Origin: a virus
Taxonomy: Duplodnaviria > Caudoviricetes
DNA: 64,000 bases
Strand: one strand, 5' to 3'
Virus record (IMG/VR): IMGVR_UViG_3300021963_003887
Span: 1-64,000 of that record
The notes under the pieces were generated by a model, which was not told the origin of the DNA, did not search any database, and saw nothing but the letters and a program-made list of their open reading frames with translations. The translations under genes and the position numbers were made by a program. Of this stretch, positions 58,434 through 64,000 are shown one piece after another (the stretch's first letter is position 1; each line of letters starts with the position of its first letter).

Positions 58434-60404
58434 ATGCCATATCAAATTAATAAATTCAACGGAGAGCGACTAGTTATACTAGAAGATGGTACACTAGATT
58501 CTACAACCAACATTAACCTAGTAGGTAAAAACTTTGCCGGCTACGGCGAAACACAAAATGAAAATTTTGTATGGTTACTAGAAAATTTTGCCAGCGGTAT
58601 AGCACCCGGAAAACCGTTAACCGGACAAATATGGTATGATACTGTTACTAAAAAAATTAAAGTTTATTCGGGATCAACATGGAATTTTGTAGGCGGAACT
58701 AAACTATCAGCCACTGAACCAATTGATCCTTCAGAGGGTGATGGTTGGTACGATAGTGATGATGGAAAATTTTATGTATATGACGGCACAGATTTTAAGT
58801 TTATAGGACCCGAAACTGTAGCAGGTTTTGGAAATACAAGACACGTTTCAGATAAGATAGTTGATTCATTAGGAAACAATGTTCCAGTAATTAAAACTTT
58901 AATTAATGACTCAGTAATAGCTATCACAGCAGATAGATCTTTCAATCCGTTAACTCCTATTACAGGATTTACATCATTTGTAAAAGGTATAAATTTTTCT
59001 AGTACATCTGTCCTTAACGGCAACGTTTCGGGAAATGCTGGCTCAGCAAATGTTTTATCTACAGCTAGAAATATCAACGGAGTATCATTTAATGGATCCG
59101 CTGATGTTACTGTAAAAGCATCTACTACTCATGAGTTGATAGCTGGAAATTACATCACAGGTTCTGATTTTGACGGATCTAGTCCTATCACATGGACACT
59201 TGATGCTTCATCTAACAATGTTCAGGATACTGTGGTTGTTAGAGATAGCTCGGGAAATTTTGCTGCTAATACTATAGTAGCTAATCTTACAGGCAACAGT
59301 GTAGGCACACATACCGGCCCTGTTGTTGGTGGTGTCACAGGAAATGTTATAGGTAATTTAACCGGTAATGTTTTAGGAAATGTCACAGGCGATGTAGTTG
59401 GTGATGTCACAGGTTCATTAACAGGCAGTGTGTTGGGTAATGTCAAGGGTAGTTTAATTGCTGCCGACAATTCCGTAGCCTATGACGGTACTACGAAAAT
59501 TTTTACAGGTACGCTAACAGGTAATGCTACCACAGCTACACGACTACAGAGCAACATACTCATCAACAACGTTCCTTTTACAGGACAATCTAGTATCACT
59601 GTTTATGATAATACTAAATTTCCTAGTACTGGAGGAACATTAACTGGACCGTTAGTTCTTTATAACGATCCTACCACAGGATTAAGTGCTGCTACAAAAC
59701 AATATGTAGATAGTAGAGATACGTTAATTAGAAATGATGTTCTTGCTGCTATTCCAACAAACTATGTAATTACTTACGGCAACACTCAGTATAGTCAGGC
59801 AGGATTTACAAATCAAGTAGGATCATTTAATAATGGAGCAAACTTTTTTGATGTTTATCCTCCGGGCGGGGAACCATCACAGGTAGTTTCTGCTAACATT
59901 AGAACTATTAATGATTGGATTAATTGGGCAAACAATCCTAATTCGATTGATGCTAATCAATGGATTGTTATAGATCCTCCGTTAAGAGCACCTGCGTTTT
60001 TAGGAACTGAATTTTATAATGTAGATTTAGCGATTGATTATAACGGAGAAACTGTAGCAACATCGACACAAGAAACTGCTACACAATTAACTGTTGGCAA
60101 TCGAACATATAGTAGAGGTGCTCTAGCATTTTCTGGACAATTTTCAACAGATTTTGGAGATGGTGAAAAAATATATACTGTCGCTGTTTATGATTATTCA
60201 ATTTTATCAACTGGCGGCAAAACAATGAACGACCTCGTAGCATTTATACCAAGTATTGCTGTTATTCATTATGCTGGCGGTGTTGACGGAAACGACAGTC
60301 TACGTTGTACTTGGACTAATTTAGGCGATAGGATTAGAGTTTATGTACAGAATACAGAACAACGATCAACCCCAGCTGCCAACTGGTTAGCTATTTGGAG
60401 ATAA
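58434..60404 (+). CDS. Tail fibre paralog
   Basis: Same N-terminal module; G(N/D)V.G tetrapeptide run; AR.INGV.F.GS.D repeats; AATKQYVD. Confidence 0.8.
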   Translation: MPYQINKFNGERLVILEDGTLDSTTNINLVGKNFAGYGETQNENFVWLLENFASGIAPGKPLTGQIWYDTVTKKIKVYSGSTWNFVGGTKLSATEPIDPSEGDGWYDSDDGKFYVYDGTDFKFIGPETVAGFGNTRHVSDKIVDSLGNNVPVIKTLINDSVIAITADRSFNPLTPITGFTSFVKGINFSSTSVLNGNVSGNAGSANVLSTARNINGVSFNGSADVTVKASTTHELIAGNYITGSDFDGSSPITWTLDASSNNVQDTVVVRDSSGNFAANTIVANLTGNSVGTHTGPVVGGVTGNVIGNLTGNVLGNVTGDVVGDVTGSLTGSVLGNVKGSLIAADNSVAYDGTTKIFTGTLTGNATTATRLQSNILINNVPFTGQSSITVYDNTKFPSTGGTLTGPLVLYNDPTTGLSAATKQYVDSRDTLIRNDVLAAIPTNYVITYGNTQYSQAGFTNQVGSFNNGANFFDVYPPGGEPSQVVSANIRTINDWINWANNPNSIDANQWIVIDPPLRAPAFLGTEFYNVDLAIDYNGETVATSTQETATQLTVGNRTYSRGALAFSGQFSTDFGDGEKIYTVAVYDYSILSTGGKTMNDLVAFIPSIAVIHYAGGVDGNDSLRCTWTNLGDRIRVYVQNTEQRSTPAANWLAIWR

Positions 60405-60405
60405 C

Positions 60406-60765
60406 ATGTACTACGTTTGTATAGAAAATAATCAAATCACAACAATATTAAATTATCAGCCTAATGTTCCTGGTACTGTGTCAGTAACTGCAATTACTGA
60501 TGAACAATATGATCAACTTGTTAACGACACACATTTTTTTAATGTAGCAACAAACACAGTTGAGTCATTGACCAATGAACAAATAATTGCTAAATCAACG
60601 TTTAATCAAAACAGTGTACATAGAGAATTTTTAAACACCACTGATTGGAAAGTTTTAAGACACATGAGACAAAAGGCATTGGCGTTGCCTACAACACTAA
60701 CAGACGCTGAGTATTTAGAACTAGAGCAGCAAAGACAAACTGCCGCAGATAGCATAACAGAATAA
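60406..60765 (+). CDS. Tail-fibre assembly chaperone-like protein
   Basis: 119 aa directly after a fibre gene; R.FL..TDWKVLR...R resembles Tfa-type chaperone C-termini. Confidence 0.6.
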   Translation: MYYVCIENNQITTILNYQPNVPGTVSVTAITDEQYDQLVNDTHFFNVATNTVESLTNEQIIAKSTFNQNSVHREFLNTTDWKVLRHMRQKALALPTTLTDAEYLELEQQRQTAADSITE

Positions 60766-60777
60766 TAGGAGCAAGTA

Positions 60778-62559
60778 ATGCCATACCAGATAGATAGATA
60801 TAACGGATCGTTTTTTATAGAAGTTCCTGATCAAACGGTTGACAGTTCTAGTTCCGATCTAAAACTTATTGGAAAAAATTATGCTGGATATGGTGAGGTC
60901 CAGAACGAAAATGTTTTACATCTGCTAGAAAATTTTAGAGGATTTAGTGCTCCTAGAAGACCTATTATTGGTCAGATATGGTACGACGAATTAAACAATA
61001 AATTAAAATTTTATGACGATACTCAAAAATGGAAAACTGTTTCTGTAACCGACGTGTCCAGCACAGCACCAACAGGCTTGTCAGTTAAAGACAAGGGAAA
61101 CCTTTGGTACAACGATGCTCTAGATCAATTAAACATCTGGGATGGTACTGATTATAGAATTATTGGACCAGAAATAGCAGTAGGATTCGGAGAAACTAAA
61201 TTATCATCAGGAACAATACGTGATAACGGAAACGTTGAATATCCTATAATCAAAGTCTTTAATAATGATAAAGTTATCGCAGTTGTAAGTAACGATCAAT
61301 TTGACATTGGAATTATTGATACTATTGATGGATTTACAACTATCAAGAAAGGATTCACTCTAGTTGATACTGCTGCTAGCGGTGTAACATCTTCGCAATA
61401 TAGATACTGGGGAACAGCTAGTAATTCGGAAAAGTTCTCAGGATTTACTACTGCTGATTTTGTTATGCGTGGCATGAACGGATCTACTTTTGGAGATACA
61501 GGGGTAACTTTAGGCGATGACAACGATTTAAAAATATTTGTTGAAGATTTTAACAAGATTGTTATATCTAGCCAGTTAAATGGTCCATTAAAAATACGTG
61601 TAAAGAACGGTGCTATTAACAATGATGTAGCTATTTTCTCTGAAGCAGGCATAGAACCTAATACTACTGAAGTATATAACTTGGGTTCGTCTGCTAAAAA
61701 ATGGAGTGCTATACATTCCAAAGATGTATTTGGTAATGTCATAGGTACATTACAAGGGGATCTACTAGCAGAAGACGATCAAGTAATGTTCGATGCTAGT
61801 CTTAAAGAATTTTACGGTACACATGTAGGTATTAACAAAGGCGACATCAGAGCAGCAGATAATTCGTTATGTTTTGATTCATCTGCTAGGGCGTTTACAG
61901 GTGCTTCGGGTACATTTACTAATGTAACTACAGATATACTAACATTAGTTGACAAAGTTATTGGTGATCTCAAAGGAGACATCTACGCCAGTGATGATAC
62001 TATTGCCTATAATGCAGGAACAAAAATATTCACAGGATCGTTAGTCGGTAACGCAGACACAGCCGCTAAATTACAATCGCCTAAGTATATTAACGGTGTT
62101 GCTTTTGACGGATCAGAAAATATCAATGTCATTGACGAAACTAGAGTAGCTAAATCCGGCGGCATTATGACCGGGTATCTAACCTTAGTAGATGACCCTA
62201 TTAATGATAAACATGCTGCCACTAAGAAATATGTTGATGATCAAATAGCAAATAGAACATTATATTTTAGTTTGGATACTAATGGATTATCGACTACAGG
62301 TTCGGGACCAGGGTCAGTAGCAGGTTTGTTAAATCAATTAGCACCACCATTAAACTTCCGTGTGGGCACAATGGCACACATCGCCAGCACTATACAGAAT
62401 GTATCAACATCAACGTCTGTTTCTAGAGGTAGTTGGATCAGCGTTTCGTTCGTAAGCAATGTTAGTGTAACTACTACTGTTTCTAATCCTTCTAGAAATA
62501 ATTTATTGATATATCGAGTTAATACAATACAGTCGAGTTGGGAATATGTCTCAGGTTAA
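60778..62559 (+). CDS. Tail fibre paralog
   Basis: Same N-terminal module; INGVAFDGS, GG.MTG.LTL..DP....HAATKKYVD. Confidence 0.8.
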   Translation: MPYQIDRYNGSFFIEVPDQTVDSSSSDLKLIGKNYAGYGEVQNENVLHLLENFRGFSAPRRPIIGQIWYDELNNKLKFYDDTQKWKTVSVTDVSSTAPTGLSVKDKGNLWYNDALDQLNIWDGTDYRIIGPEIAVGFGETKLSSGTIRDNGNVEYPIIKVFNNDKVIAVVSNDQFDIGIIDTIDGFTTIKKGFTLVDTAASGVTSSQYRYWGTASNSEKFSGFTTADFVMRGMNGSTFGDTGVTLGDDNDLKIFVEDFNKIVISSQLNGPLKIRVKNGAINNDVAIFSEAGIEPNTTEVYNLGSSAKKWSAIHSKDVFGNVIGTLQGDLLAEDDQVMFDASLKEFYGTHVGINKGDIRAADNSLCFDSSARAFTGASGTFTNVTTDILTLVDKVIGDLKGDIYASDDTIAYNAGTKIFTGSLVGNADTAAKLQSPKYINGVAFDGSENINVIDETRVAKSGGIMTGYLTLVDDPINDKHAATKKYVDDQIANRTLYFSLDTNGLSTTGSGPGSVAGLLNQLAPPLNFRVGTMAHIASTIQNVSTSTSVSRGSWISVSFVSNVSVTTTVSNPSRNNLLIYRVNTIQSSWEYVSG

Positions 62560-63043
62560 ATTAGTAAAAAACTATGTTACTAATGTAGATGAAATCATCG
62601 AACTAGCTGAAAAGCATAGCGATAAGTTCTCTAGCCGCACTTCAACCGACACACATAATTTTAAAACATCATACGGTAGCAGTAAATTAAAAAGCCTATT
62701 CCACTTTAATATGGATTCTGAATTAAAATCTGCTATCACAAAAACAATACCTGATGATGCTAGATTTATAACCAGCATGACTATTAATAGATATGATCCG
62801 GGCGATTATCTATTGCGTCACAGAGATAGTATTGGGGGATATTGGAAATTTAAATTGATTTTTTTAAGAAGCGATAGGCCACATTTCAAATATTATGATG
62901 ATCAAGGACAAGACCATTTGGTGGATGAGGAACCAGGTTCTCTTATCGACATGCCTTTACATCTAGAACATGAAGTTACAGAAATTGGATCTACTGAAAA
63001 ATCCAAATACAGTTTAGTATTAGCTTGGGGAAGGATAGGATAA
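62546..63043 (+). CDS. 2OG-Fe(II) dioxygenase superfamily protein
   Basis: INRYDPGDYL.RHRD (HxD)...HEVT (distal His)...KYSLV. Confidence 0.8.
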   Translation: MSQVKLVKNYVTNVDEIIELAEKHSDKFSSRTSTDTHNFKTSYGSSKLKSLFHFNMDSELKSAITKTIPDDARFITSMTINRYDPGDYLLRHRDSIGGYWKFKLIFLRSDRPHFKYYDDQGQDHLVDEEPGSLIDMPLHLEHEVTEIGSTEKSKYSLVLAWGRIG

Positions 63044-63513
63044 TGACAAAAATAGCAAGAGAATTACTTTTTATAAAAAACAGCGGAGTCCTTATTGGAG
63101 AAATTACTCCAGAAACTGACAGATCAACTTTAAATCTAGACAGCTTTGTTGTTAAGATGGTTGAATTAGACGAGGATGCTGGTGACTATTGGTATGGAGA
63201 TTATACCACAGGTGAAGTTAGATCTAGAGCAGATAAACCTGTAATCACAGAATCATATGTGAAGTATAATACTAACGTATCTATACTTAATGAATACCCT
63301 ATACATAAACAACTCAATATAATAATTGATATGTTAGATAGAAGCGAGATCGCAAAAACGTCTGAATTTACAGCTCTTAAAGAGTTTTTAGAAGCTGCTA
63401 AACAGAATCATAGAGAGCAAATTGCTTCATATTCGGCAAATGCCGCTGCTTTTACATTTGTTTCTGAAGCCGAAGAAAAAGAAATTATAGCAAAAAAGCA
63501 GAATTTTGAATAA
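63043..63513 (+). CDS. Hypothetical protein, possibly a fibre assembly factor
   Basis: ATG at 63043 is coupled to the upstream stop (TAATG) and has SD-like AGGA upstream; more likely than the ORF-track start at 63025. Confidence 0.65.
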   Translation: MTKIARELLFIKNSGVLIGEITPETDRSTLNLDSFVVKMVELDEDAGDYWYGDYTTGEVRSRADKPVITESYVKYNTNVSILNEYPIHKQLNIIIDMLDRSEIAKTSEFTALKEFLEAAKQNHREQIASYSANAAAFTFVSEAEEKEIIAKKQNFE

Positions 63514-63523
63514 ACAGTCTGCG

Positions 63524-63530
63524 ATAAATA
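63524..63530 (+). promoter_or_regulatory. Late promoter (ATAAATA)
   Basis: Intergenic, 21 nt before the ATG at 63552. Confidence 0.7.
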
Positions 63531-63551
63531 CAGTGAATTGGACGAACAACT

Positions 63552-64000
63552 ATGACATACCGCGTAGACAGATATAACGGAACTTTTTTAACGAATGTTG
63601 CCGATGGCACCATCGATAATACTACGGATTTAAAATTTGTAGGCAGGAACTATACGGGCTACGGCGAAGTACAAAACGAAAATTTTCTTCATTTATTAGA
63701 AAATTTTGCTAACACGATACCGCCATCTAAGCCAATCTTAGGACAGATATGGTTTGATTCTGTTAATAAAAAATTAAAATTCTACGACGGAACAAAATTT
63801 AAAGTAGCCAGCGGTGCTGAAATAGCGTCAACTCCTCCCCCAGGGCTAACGGCAGGTGATTTATGGTTTGATACTAATACTAATCAATTATCAGCTTGGA
63901 ACGGATCGAGCTTTGTGCTAATTGGGCCTCAGAGTGCTCCGGGATTTGGTACTTCACAGATTGTTACACAGGTTGTAAAAGATTCTAATAATACCAGCCA
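63552..64000 (+). CDS. Tail fibre paralog, 5' part (runs off the right edge)
   Basis: Not in the ORF track. Reads MTYRVDRYNGTFLTNVADGTIDNTTDLKFVGRNYTGYGEVQNENFLHLLENFA...GQIWFD. Confidence 0.85.
   Translation, partial: MTYRVDRYNGTFLTNVADGTIDNTTDLKFVGRNYTGYGEVQNENFLHLLENFANTIPPSKPILGQIWFDSVNKKLKFYDGTKFKVASGAEIASTPPPGLTAGDLWFDTNTNQLSAWNGSSFVLIGPQSAPGFGTSQIVTQVVKDSNNTS

Noticed and set aside
59290-59450. Low-complexity GGT/GTx repeats
   Set aside because: They encode ordinary G-x-V-x tetrapeptide fibre shaft repeats and are not a DNA-level element.
411-62778. Many 60-185 aa ORFs antisense to or nested in long genes (e.g. 1211..1642, 7434..7991, 34815..35282, 61296..61742)
   Set aside because: These are shadow ORFs of the real genes' codon bias; they have no SD, promoter or recognisable motifs.
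54147-64000. Diversity-generating retroelement or shufflon acting on the fibres
   Set aside because: No reverse transcriptase or recombinase and no near-identical TR/VR pair were seen; paralog similarity is at the protein level.
1-64000. Alternative genetic code or inteins
   Set aside because: All core genes are full length in code 11, and no intein splice motifs or size excess were seen in portal, gp46, gp47 or capsid.

Overview
The window is the virion-morphogenesis region of a large T4-superfamily myovirus. It is AT-rich and densely coding, and it reads intact in genetic code 11. Left arm (minus strand): two tandem giant repeat-rich fibre-like paralogs, small structural genes, the head cluster (gp20 portal, acidic core protein, gp21 protease, gp22 scaffold, gp23 capsid) and two tandem tape-measure-like paralogs, one carrying an M23 peptidase. 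Centre: a divergent gp26-like gene with a strong -1 frameshift signal, a ~470 bp highly structured non-coding element downstream of a minimal GIY-YIG nuclease and a small Cys/His protein, and the gp46/gp47/gp55 operon. Right arm (plus strand): baseplate genes (gp48/54-like, gp53, hub, gp5, gp25, gp6, a 4890-aa gp7-like protein) and at least five fibre paralogs with a shared N-terminal module, interspersed with chaperone-like genes and a 2OG-Fe(II) oxygenase. T4-type late promoters ((TA)TAAATA) precede most transcription units, and several appear to give leaderless mRNAs. The most notable features are (1) the large candidate ncRNA next to the GIY-YIG gene, (2) the T_TTT_TTC heptamer plus 10-bp stem that would fuse the gp26-like and gp51-like ORFs, and (3) two structured late 5' leaders sharing an AACCCGCA motif. 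All family assignments come from motif recognition; no database searches were run.
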